Positions 1 to 8,001 of a DNA stretch of 64,000 nt are shown here, piece by piece. Source of the stretch: Candidatus Aenigmatarchaeota archaeon (GTDB lineage Archaea > Aenigmatarchaeota > Aenigmatarchaeia > Aenigmatarchaeales > Aenigmatarchaeaceae); the NCBI GenBank assembly GCA_043814985.1, contig JBDRJK010000021.1:32001-96000 (forward strand), in the 5' to 3' direction. Numbering within the stretch: position 1 is the first letter of the stretch; each line of letters starts with the position of its first letter. Position numbers and translations under genes: made by a program. Below the pieces are notes generated by a model. The model saw nothing but the letters and a program-made list of their open reading frames with translations, did no database searches and was not told where the DNA came from.

Positions 1-311
1 GGAGGCTGAGAGCTTTGGAGGAGAGGGACTCCTTAATTGAGACCAGGGTTTCTTCTCTCCAGGACGAGGTATTGAAGATGAATGATGAGAAAAGGATTAT
101 CCATGACAGGATAGGCGACAAACTGACTGAAATTGAAACTAATATATTGAGGATTGACAATGAATTAATAAGGATGAACAAGGCCGTTGAGAAGATGGCC
201 AAGCGAACCGAGTTGAAAGAGCTGGAGAACATGATCGCGATTTTTAGCCCAATGAGGACAAACTTCACTACAAAGGAAGACGTGAAGAGAATTCTAAGAG
301 AGATGAAATAA
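1..311 (+). CDS. Hypothetical coiled-coil protein, 5'-truncated by the window edge
   Basis: Open frame with heptad-like charged helix; its stop overlaps the next ATG (TAATG). Confidence 0.7.
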   Translation, partial: RLRALEERDSLIETRVSSLQDEVLKMNDEKRIIHDRIGDKLTEIETNILRIDNELIRMNKAVEKMAKRTELKELENMIAIFSPMRTNFTTKEDVKRILREMK

Positions 312-1057
312 TGTTTCTGTTGCCATTCCATAAAAAGAAAGAGGAAGTCACGAGAGTGTATGTCCCTGTTGACCTTGTGCTAAGCTACTCTTCACAGGGG
401 CTTTCTGAGAACGAGATAAAGGATCGTTTGCATGCTCAAGGCTTTGATTCAGAATTGGTTGAGAAGGCATTAAGGATTGCATTAAAGGAAAAGGTAACTT
501 CCCAACTTCCAGAGGTTGCGCCACCGCAGCAGCAGTTTCATGTTCCACATCCTCAACCAATGTCGCATACAATGGAAATATCAAGGCACCCCATGCCAAT
601 GGGCTATCCGCCTGAGAGGGTTGTGTCGCCTGACGAGCCGAGACAGCTTCCAGCAGAGCAGGCTGCCCAACCATTCACCTTTGAACCAGAAGCAGCAAAA
701 ATGGCTGAAAGCCCCATTGGTGAAATAACAATCGAAGAGATAATAGAAGGAGTGGTTAACGAGAGGTGGCAGGATTTTGAAGAAAGACTGGTTGACTTTG
801 AGAAAAGGGACATGCTTTTGGAGGCTCAGATAGAGGACCTGAGAAAGAGGTCCAAGGAAATAGAGAACATACTAAGGGAAAAGGAAAAGGGCCTTGTTAG
901 CAAGCTTGATGATTTCGGCGGTTCTGTGGAGAACATTGAGGGAAGGATCGGTTCAATAGAAAAGGTTTTCAAGGACTTCTTGCCAGAGCTGACCCAGAAC
1001 ATTAAAAATATGTCTGAACTTATTGATAATATAAAAGAAAAAGAAAAAGGTCACTGA
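311..1057 (+). CDS. Hypothetical protein: small helical N-domain, Pro/Gln-rich linker, C-terminal coiled coil
   Basis: 248-aa ORF translationally coupled to the upstream gene. Confidence 0.75.
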   Translation: MFLLPFHKKKEEVTRVYVPVDLVLSYSSQGLSENEIKDRLHAQGFDSELVEKALRIALKEKVTSQLPEVAPPQQQFHVPHPQPMSHTMEISRHPMPMGYPPERVVSPDEPRQLPAEQAAQPFTFEPEAAKMAESPIGEITIEEIIEGVVNERWQDFEERLVDFEKRDMLLEAQIEDLRKRSKEIENILREKEKGLVSKLDDFGGSVENIEGRIGSIEKVFKDFLPELTQNIKNMSELIDNIKEKEKGH

Positions 1058-1078
1058 ACTCAAAAGTCTTGTTTACTT

Positions 1079-1603
1079 CTACATCTTTCCAGATTCTGAA
1101 ACCATCCACAAGACTGCAACACCGATTACGATCAATACCCATGTTCCCATACCGATTGCAGGGAATGCAGTAATTCCAATCAAAGCGGGTCCGCCAGCTA
1201 CCACGAAAATTACAGCTGCTACAGCCATTACTGCCAATGTCATCAACCTTCCATGTATTTTAAATGGATGGTTTTCTACAGCCACATCCTTGCCTTCCTT
1301 GTTCTTCTCAATTCCTATGATTCTTATTTGTCCTATTTCTATTAAGGACAAAACGACTAGGAAGCCAATTGATGCTACTACTAAACCTGTAGACATTGTT
1401 GCTATAGCTGTTATAACTGCTGTAGGTACAGCCATTAACACGAACAAACCTGTTATGACTGACACTATAGCTGCTGGTGCTCTGCCTAATATCTTAAGCT
1501 TTGTCATTAGTTCAAAGACTATCGCGAAGGTCAAAACCCACAATAATATCTGCGGTAGTCCAAGACCTGCAACGTATGCTAAACCAGTTGTTAATCCGTC
1601 CAT
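1079..1603 (-). CDS. Uncharacterised multi-pass membrane protein (paralog array member 4)
   Basis: About 5 TM helices; ILLWVLTFAIVFELM motif; ATG at 1603 preferred over the alternative start at 1615. Confidence 0.75.
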   Translation of the reverse strand: MDGLTTGLAYVAGLGLPQILLWVLTFAIVFELMTKLKILGRAPAAIVSVITGLFVLMAVPTAVITAIATMSTGLVVASIGFLVVLSLIEIGQIRIIGIEKNKEGKDVAVENHPFKIHGRLMTLAVMAVAAVIFVVAGGPALIGITAFPAIGMGTWVLIVIGVAVLWMVSESGKM

Positions 1604-1625
1604 ATTTTTCACCAATTTTTTTTAT

Positions 1626-2195
1626 TTAATTTTTTCCTGTTTCCTTAACCATTATCCAAATACTTGCAACCATAATTATGAGGAAAAATACTATTGCTAT
1701 CAGAGGATCGGAAAGTGAAATTCCAATGTTAGGGATGTTCAGTATTTCCAAACCTCCAGCTCCTATGAATATCAATATCAAAAGCACCAATAATGCGGTT
1801 GCGAAAAACTTGGGATGCTTTGCGAACACATGCTCTCCGCCGATTTTTGTGCCTGTTATCTCCAAAAATATCATGGCAATTATCAGGCCGAATGCAACCA
1901 CTATTGACGATGTCATTAAAGTGCTTATGAAGCCAGCCGCCTGAGTTCCCGCAGCTGCTATTAAAACCATGAATGAAGCGACTATTGCTATCACGCCTCT
2001 GGTTGTTATTGACTTGGGCAATTCAATATGTGACAGTATTCCATATACGACTGCCAGGGTCAAAAGCCAAAGCAATACCAACTGGAAGCCAGCTGCCCTC
2101 ATGTTTATTATCAGGTCCTCTACTGGGTTTGCCAAGACTGGGCTTGCTAACAGCAAGATACCAACCAAACATGATGCAATTTTATTACCCTTCAT
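1626..2195 (-). CDS. Uncharacterised multi-pass membrane protein with signal-like N-terminus (paralog array member 3)
   Basis: Start re-called at MKGNKIASC (2195) to avoid overlap with the upstream gene; VLLWLLTLAVVYGIL motif. Confidence 0.75.
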   Translation of the reverse strand: MKGNKIASCLVGILLLASPVLANPVEDLIINMRAAGFQLVLLWLLTLAVVYGILSHIELPKSITTRGVIAIVASFMVLIAAAGTQAAGFISTLMTSSIVVAFGLIIAMIFLEITGTKIGGEHVFAKHPKFFATALLVLLILIFIGAGGLEILNIPNIGISLSDPLIAIVFFLIIMVASIWIMVKETGKN

Positions 2196-2256
2196 ATTTA
2201 CTACCTTATAGTAATATATTGTGTTGAGCCCCCATATAAAGCTATCGTTTTCATCT

Positions 2257-2757
2257 TCATACTTTTTTATGTTCTTCTTTCCCAGGTAATACCTCACGAC
2301 CGGCTTTAAAGGCCGCCCAAAATATGGCTAAAATGAATACTATTGCAAATAATATGATTAGGTTATTACCATTACCGATATAAGGCAGTGAGGGAATTAG
2401 GTCAGAGTATGTGAAACCTAGGGCCAGCATTAGAAACAGGACTGCTCCTGTTATGAGCATGCCGCTTTCTGATCTTGATTCTTTAGAAGGCCTTCTTAGG
2501 CCGAACATTTCCAGAATAAATGCTATGAAAAACATGACTATGAAAAAGGCTGTTATGTTCCCGAACTGGGCCCAAAGAAAGCCTACAAATGTTGCGTTGC
2601 CAACAGCGAAAAACGAGATTGCCAATGCAATAACGAAGTTAACGCCCCGGTTCTTGAATACCTTGGTTATTTCTAAAACTCCAAAAACAACTGCCATAAC
2701 AAAAAGAAAAGGAATTAGAAACTCACTCGACTGCAATGCTATCAGATCAATTGCCAT
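2257..2757 (-). CDS. Uncharacterised multi-pass membrane protein (paralog array member 2)
   Basis: FLIPFLFVMAVVFGVLE...NFVIALAI motif; about 5 TM helices. Confidence 0.75.
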   Translation of the reverse strand: MAIDLIALQSSEFLIPFLFVMAVVFGVLEITKVFKNRGVNFVIALAISFFAVGNATFVGFLWAQFGNITAFFIVMFFIAFILEMFGLRRPSKESRSESGMLITGAVLFLMLALGFTYSDLIPSLPYIGNGNNLIILFAIVFILAIFWAAFKAGREVLPGKEEHKKV

Positions 2758-2765
2758 ACCTTTCA

Positions 2766-3338
2766 CTAAAGATTATCTTTTTCATGCTCCAATGCTTTTT
2801 TCTGAGCCTCTAAGTGTGCAATCGTCGTTCTTATGTATGAACTTGCCGTTGGATCAGCACTGCTAGCCTCCCTTCTGTAAGACCTTATCTGTTTATTTAA
2901 AAGGTCTATCTCTTTATCTATTGCCTTCTTCCTTTTGCCCTTTTCAGTTGCCTTGGTTGCCACGCCCTTTCCAATGTTGAACAGTTCTGGAACCTTTGAG
3001 GGATGTATGACTCTGCTCCATATGAAAAAGAAAAAACCAACTATCAATGCCAAATACCACCATCCTAATAAGAACGGTAACATAGTTCCATAATAACTGT
3101 AGGGCGTTCCCGTCAAAACAAGGGTTAAGTAAGCCCCAATTGCGAAGAGATATCTCATACCCTTATGCATAGGGGCAAGAACCCATGAAAGGCCATATAT
3201 GAAAAGGAATAATATGATGTGCGGAATAAAGAACAAGTTCAACAGCTGTTCTTGCGGTGTCATATATCTTGATATTGTCATAGGGTCGATTCTGAGTAAT
3301 TGATTAAAGATTAAATACAATATGTCAACTGTTGCCAT
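2766..3338 (-). CDS. Uncharacterised membrane protein with C-terminal coiled coil (distant paralog array member 1)
   Basis: LFFIPHIILFLFIYGL motif; about 3 TM helices; TATA-like TTTTTATATA about 24 nt upstream of ATG 3338. Confidence 0.7.
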   Translation of the reverse strand: MATVDILYLIFNQLLRIDPMTISRYMTPQEQLLNLFFIPHIILFLFIYGLSWVLAPMHKGMRYLFAIGAYLTLVLTGTPYSYYGTMLPFLLGWWYLALIVGFFFFIWSRVIHPSKVPELFNIGKGVATKATEKGKRKKAIDKEIDLLNKQIRSYRREASSADPTASSYIRTTIAHLEAQKKALEHEKDNL

Positions 3339-3395
3339 ATGAAGAATATAGAAAGTCATGTATATAAAAATTTCAAGATTAAGAATATTCCGTTA

Positions 3396-4280
3396 CTAAC
3401 GATCGTACATAATTCTTAGGCTGCGATCAGAATCTATTGGTTTTATTTTTACCTTTTTCTCTCTTCCCTTTCTTTTAGTAGTTTTACTGTTGTAGCTAGA
3501 TTTTCCTCTTAAATAAAAAAGAGGACCATCACTAATTATCACTTCGCCATTTTCTCCAGCCTCTGCGTATACATGTTTTAAAGCTTTTTCAAACCAATTG
3601 TCTTTAGCTTTTGATTTTCCTTTGTTTACGGTACTTATAGGGCCGTAAGATACATTTAATGGAATCTCCGTGTAATTGTCGTTATCAAAGGTAAAACTTT
3701 GACTTACAGCATAACTTGGTTGGCCTGGAACATTGTTTACATTAAATTCTCCACCATACATTATTTGGTGTTGATTTGATCCTTCGACATTTACGTTTAT
3801 TGGAGGTATTCCACCATTACCACCTGCTCCTCCTGGCCCGCCAATTCCACCTCCACCATCTGGGCTAACACCTGGTTTTGTTTTAGATAAACCTATCTTA
3901 AATAAGTCCCAGTCTACTTCTTTCAGTTGTTCATTTAATTCTTTGAATTCTTTTTCATTTTTTCTATTATCTATATAACCATCAGCAAATCCTAGTCCAA
4001 AAGAGAATGCTGTGATTACAGCAGATGCTGCATCCCAGTAAAAAGGATGCATGCCAGGAATAATGTTCATATACATGTCGAAAGGTGTTTGTGTCGGATT
4101 GGCATACTTATAATCCTGGCTTCTAACTTCGTTTGTAACAGTATTTTTGTAAGGTTGTCCGGCTCCTAAATTTTTTATATTACCAGCAGTTGTACCTCTA
4201 GAAGATTCATGAGAACCGGACCATATTTGAGGTGGAGCTTCTAATGTTATCATTTTTTTTGTTTCTTCCATTTTTATCAC
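3396..4280 (-). CDS. Orphan hypothetical protein with Gly-rich linker
   Basis: 294-aa ORF with AT-rich codon usage and a GGGGIGGPGGAGGNGG tract. Confidence 0.65.
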   Translation of the reverse strand: MIKMEETKKMITLEAPPQIWSGSHESSRGTTAGNIKNLGAGQPYKNTVTNEVRSQDYKYANPTQTPFDMYMNIIPGMHPFYWDAASAVITAFSFGLGFADGYIDNRKNEKEFKELNEQLKEVDWDLFKIGLSKTKPGVSPDGGGGIGGPGGAGGNGGIPPINVNVEGSNQHQIMYGGEFNVNNVPGQPSYAVSQSFTFDNDNYTEIPLNVSYGPISTVNKGKSKAKDNWFEKALKHVYAEAGENGEVIISDGPLFYLRGKSSYNSKTTKRKGREKKVKIKPIDSDRSLRIMYDR

Positions 4281-4377
4281 TTTATTTGTCTTCCATTATT
4301 ATTGCTTTTATTAGATCATTCATTATTATCACTATATTTACTACCCAATAGTAAATATATTACAAAAGAATATAAAG

Positions 4378-4608
4378 CTATCGTTCTAGCTTGAAAACTT
4401 CAAGTTCCTCGCAAATCTCGAGGATGGCCCAAGCCCAGACAATGGCCTCAAAGCTCTTGACCTCGTTGTTTGCTTTAAGAAAATGTTTTGAATCAGAAAT
4501 ATAGGCTTTCATGTTGGTGAGCATTTCCTGTCCTTTGTCATCTTTGACTTTTATCATTTCAACCAAAGGCTCTATCTTTACAGTCATTTTCTCTATTTCT
4601 TCCTTCAT
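4378..4608 (-). CDS. DUF357-family protein
   Basis: AYISDSKHF...SFEAIVWAWAIL motif; coupled to dph5, the usual archaeal neighbour. Confidence 0.8.
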   Translation of the reverse strand: MKEEIEKMTVKIEPLVEMIKVKDDKGQEMLTNMKAYISDSKHFLKANNEVKSFEAIVWAWAILEICEELEVFKLER

Positions 4609-5324
4609 TGGAACAACTCCAGAAAGTCCTTTTCCCTGAAGTGCAGCCTCCCAGGAATCACTATGACTGCTGGCAAGTCTATTGACTTTGCCATAAGGTT
4701 CTTGACAGTGTCATAGAATACCTCAGACTCGCCACCAGCTCTTGAGAGAACAGCCAGATTGTCAAGGTTTTTCACCAATTTTGCCTTCAGGAGAAGTTTG
4801 AGGGCATCAGAAATTCTCAAATTGATGTTGACTACTCTGTCAATGTCCAATAACAAAAGAGTATGAAGCTTCAATTTCTTGTTTCCTTTAACAGTCTTCT
4901 TAACATTCTCCATTTTTCCTGACATGGGGATGGTCGCTATCTTGCCGAACTTGTACAATTGCAAGCCTATCTCACCAACAGCAGAGACAATAGAGGCATT
5001 GTGGATCACTTTGACAGGAATCTTCCTCAATTTAGCTTGGTAAACCAAGTCAATGTGAGTTGTGGCTGACAAAGGGTCGCCTGGAACAAAAATAGCAATG
5101 TCCTTTTCCTTGGCCTCCTCCACCAAAGCCTCAGAGTTCTCCTCCATGTCCTTTCTTTTCAGCAACTTGACGCTTTTTCCAATAACTTCTTCCAAACCTT
5201 CAACAGAACCCTGCCACACAGAAGTGTATAGTTCCGCGTAACAGTCACACTTCTTGGCAATCTCAACTGCTTTCAGCGACAAGTCCCTCTCGTCATTCAA
5301 TCCTAAACCAATCAGATACAGCAT
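4605..5324 (-). CDS. dph5: Diphthine synthase
   Basis: MLYLIGLGL, GDPLSATTH, GLQLYKFG and LHTLLLLDI motifs. Confidence 0.95.
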   Translation of the reverse strand: MLYLIGLGLNDERDLSLKAVEIAKKCDCYAELYTSVWQGSVEGLEEVIGKSVKLLKRKDMEENSEALVEEAKEKDIAIFVPGDPLSATTHIDLVYQAKLRKIPVKVIHNASIVSAVGEIGLQLYKFGKIATIPMSGKMENVKKTVKGNKKLKLHTLLLLDIDRVVNINLRISDALKLLLKAKLVKNLDNLAVLSRAGGESEVFYDTVKNLMAKSIDLPAVIVIPGRLHFREKDFLELFQ

Positions 5325-5357
5325 ATTTTTAATGTGGTCCAAAGAAATATATAAAAC

Positions 5358-6116
5358 ATGCGAATAGCCTATGAGGTAATCGGGGACAGGGTAAAGTCAG
5401 TAGCTCTGATAGGAGAGGATACTAAAAATCCTAAGAAAGCTGCTGAGGAAATAATGAAAAGACACAAGGCTGTCAAGTCAGTTCTACAGAAAACCGACAA
5501 GAGGCAGGGAAAGTTCAGGCTTCATCCTTACAAGCTGATAAAGGGAAGTAGAGACACAGAAGTCATTCACAAAGAGCATAATTACCTGATAAAAATTGAC
5601 CCGAAAAAGGTCTATTTCTCACCAAAGGAAGGAACAGAAAGGCAGAGGATAGTTGAACTGGTCAGGAACGGTGAACGCATACTTGTAATGTTCTCAGGAG
5701 CAGCGCCATACGCAATAGCAATAGCCAAGAAGTACCCTCATAACGAGATAATGGCCATTGAGATAAATGTCAAGGGAGTGGTTTATGCTCAAAAAAATGC
5801 CAGGTTAAACAAGCTAACCAACATAAAGAACATATGCTGGGACATCAGGGAGGCTAGGGGAATAGGCAAATTTGACAGAATAATAATGCCCCTGCCAGAA
5901 ACTGCTATTGATTACTTGGACGAGGCTGTTCTCCATTCCAAAAAAGGCACCATAATTCACTTGTATGGCTTTTCAAAGGGTTTTGATGAACTGGAAAGAA
6001 AGGTCAAGCTCAAAGCCTACATCTACAACTTCAAATACAAGATAGTTGGCAAGCAGAAAGTGTTGTCCTATTCTCCAGGAGTGTCAAAGAACAGGCTTGA
6101 CATCAAGCTTTTGTGA
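5358..6116 (+). CDS. trm5: Trm5-family tRNA (m1G37) methyltransferase, possibly Trm5a/Taw22 type
   Basis: KVYFSPKEGTERQR, MFSGAAPY and DRIIMPLP motifs. Confidence 0.75.
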   Translation: MRIAYEVIGDRVKSVALIGEDTKNPKKAAEEIMKRHKAVKSVLQKTDKRQGKFRLHPYKLIKGSRDTEVIHKEHNYLIKIDPKKVYFSPKEGTERQRIVELVRNGERILVMFSGAAPYAIAIAKKYPHNEIMAIEINVKGVVYAQKNARLNKLTNIKNICWDIREARGIGKFDRIIMPLPETAIDYLDEAVLHSKKGTIIHLYGFSKGFDELERKVKLKAYIYNFKYKIVGKQKVLSYSPGVSKNRLDIKLL

Positions 6117-6915
6117 CTTTCAAATCAAAAACATAGTGGTATACCTTCGGGGCGTATGATTTTATTCTTGTTACCTTGATTACTTTGGCTTTTTTGCCTA
6201 ATTTTTCCTTTAGTCCCTTGATTTCGCTTTCCTTTGCTGTTCTGTGCAAGTGAATTATGCATTTTTTCTTGGCAATTCTCATGGCATGTGGCAGGAACTT
6301 CTCTGTATCAAACAAATGTCCCATGACTATCCTGTTTGCAGTGTTCTTCAGTAATTTCGAGAAATCCCTGCAGTCTCCTTGTAGTATCTCTATCTTGTTC
6401 TCCACTCCGTTCAGCCAGGTGTTCCTTCTCAGTAGCTCTGTTGACTTGGGATTGATGTCTATTGCGTATATCTTGTCAGGATTTGAGTACTTTGCCAGGA
6501 ATATGGAGAAATAGCCTATGCCAGCAAACATGTCAACTATGGTTTCATTTGGCTTGGCTAGCTTTACTAGCCTCATTCTTTCCCTCTTGTTGCCCTGGGA
6601 CCACATGACCTGTGAAACATCTATCAGGAACTGGCATTTGTGCTCCTTGTGCAGGGTTTGGGTTGACTTGCAGCCTGCTATAACCTCTATGGAAGGCTTC
6701 CTAGTCACTGATTTGATTCCCTTGAACAAACAAACAGTAAGAATGTATGGAAACATTTCAAGCAAGGACTTCCCAATAAGTTTTTTGTGCTTGACCAGTT
6801 TCTTGTCCAGCTTGATTAGCATTATCTTGCCTAGTATCTGGTAGCCTCTTGGTAGGAGGTTTAGCTCTTCTTCAGACAAGTCAAGCTTCTTTCTCATGCT
6901 AGTGTAGAATGTCAT
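6103..6915 (-). CDS. taw2: tRNA(Phe) wyosine-pathway aminocarboxypropyltransferase, Taw2/TYW2-like
   Basis: VMWSQGNKRERMRL, DMFAGIGYF, RIVMG and IKSYAP motifs. Confidence 0.7.
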   Translation of the reverse strand: MTFYTSMRKKLDLSEEELNLLPRGYQILGKIMLIKLDKKLVKHKKLIGKSLLEMFPYILTVCLFKGIKSVTRKPSIEVIAGCKSTQTLHKEHKCQFLIDVSQVMWSQGNKRERMRLVKLAKPNETIVDMFAGIGYFSIFLAKYSNPDKIYAIDINPKSTELLRRNTWLNGVENKIEILQGDCRDFSKLLKNTANRIVMGHLFDTEKFLPHAMRIAKKKCIIHLHRTAKESEIKGLKEKLGKKAKVIKVTRIKSYAPKVYHYVFDLKVTKA

Positions 6916-6935
6916 AATATCTATTGTTTGTGCGA

Positions 6936-6950
6936 ATAAAAAAAAGAAAA
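6936..6950 (-). terminator. Oligo-T archaeal terminator of the 6980-7360 gene
   Basis: T-rich run on the minus strand about 30 nt downstream of the stop. Confidence 0.5.
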
Positions 6951-6979
6951 GGGGTGGGTGTTTAAAAATACAATATTCA

Positions 6980-7360
6980 CTAGAACTTTGTAGATGCTGA
7001 CAACCATATTGCTTTCAATGCAATCAAGACTGCTGCTGGTACAACTAAAATTCCAATGTTGTTCACGATTGCTACCAAGTAAGTTGACAACGGTAGTGGA
7101 AGGTTTGCGAATGCTGATCCTGCGTTACCAGCTGCCATTAAAGCAATAACAGCTAACAGAAACATGTCTACTTCCTTGAAATCAATACTACCTACTCCAG
7201 CTACACCTAACAATCCGATTACGAATCCTAGTACTGCTAGGACAACTGTTACCATTGATGCGTCGATTGTTGGCACTAAGCCAGCTACGACTGCCACTAA
7301 GATACCTAGTACAAAAAGCCACCCACTTGCTTTTACCCATCCTGATGCTTTTTTTGCCAT
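6980..7360 (-). CDS. Small 4-TM hypothetical membrane protein
   Basis: 126 aa, highly hydrophobic; GGTGA RBS upstream. Confidence 0.8.
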   Translation of the reverse strand: MAKKASGWVKASGWLFVLGILVAVVAGLVPTIDASMVTVVLAVLGFVIGLLGVAGVGSIDFKEVDMFLLAVIALMAAGNAGSAFANLPLPLSTYLVAIVNNIGILVVPAAVLIALKAIWLSASTKF

Positions 7361-7434
7361 AGTTTCACCTATATTTCAATTGGAAAAACCGACTTTTAAA
7401 AGTATCGTCGTCAGGCGTTGTATTAGGAACTTAT

Positions 7435-7980
7435 TTAAACGGGCTCAGAAAAGGTATTTGCCTCGAATTTGTATATCTTTGACATTGGGTCTAACCAAGA
7501 ATCAGCTGTTAATCCTGCTTTGTAGCATAAATTCTCCAGATATTGCTCCAGATTCCATTTTTGATCAATGGGAACCTTGGGAAGGAAGAGTCCCCCCATT
7601 ATTCCGTTCCTTATAATCAGACCATGCTTCCCCAATTCTATTTCTTTCTTGTAATTCTTCTGAAAATTTTCAATCAGCACTGGTTCGGTCAGGACAGAAA
7701 CCTCGATTTTTATGTTCTTTAGTTCGTTTTCTTCAAGAGGTTCGAATCTTGGGTCCCTGCAGGCAAGACAAGCAGCCTCAACCAAGCCCTCTATTAAAGG
7801 CTTTTGAGGATAAGGCAAGCCTATACATCCTCTCAGCATGCCTTTTTTGTAGAGGGTTACGAAAACTCCCCTCTTTTCTTTCAATTCTTCTGGAAAATCA
7901 GTTGGAACATCAATTCTCTTGCCTGTTTTCACATAGTTTTCAATAGATTCTCTTGATAGCTTCAGGATAAACTCTCTCAT
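7435..7980 (-). CDS. AMMECR1-domain protein (TIGR00296-like)
   Basis: GVFVTL, LRGCIG, DPRF and GLFLP motifs. Confidence 0.93.
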   Translation of the reverse strand: MREFILKLSRESIENYVKTGKRIDVPTDFPEELKEKRGVFVTLYKKGMLRGCIGLPYPQKPLIEGLVEAACLACRDPRFEPLEENELKNIKIEVSVLTEPVLIENFQKNYKKEIELGKHGLIIRNGIMGGLFLPKVPIDQKWNLEQYLENLCYKAGLTADSWLDPMSKIYKFEANTFSEPV

Positions 7981-8001
7981 AGAAGTTAGTTCAGGTACGA
8001 A

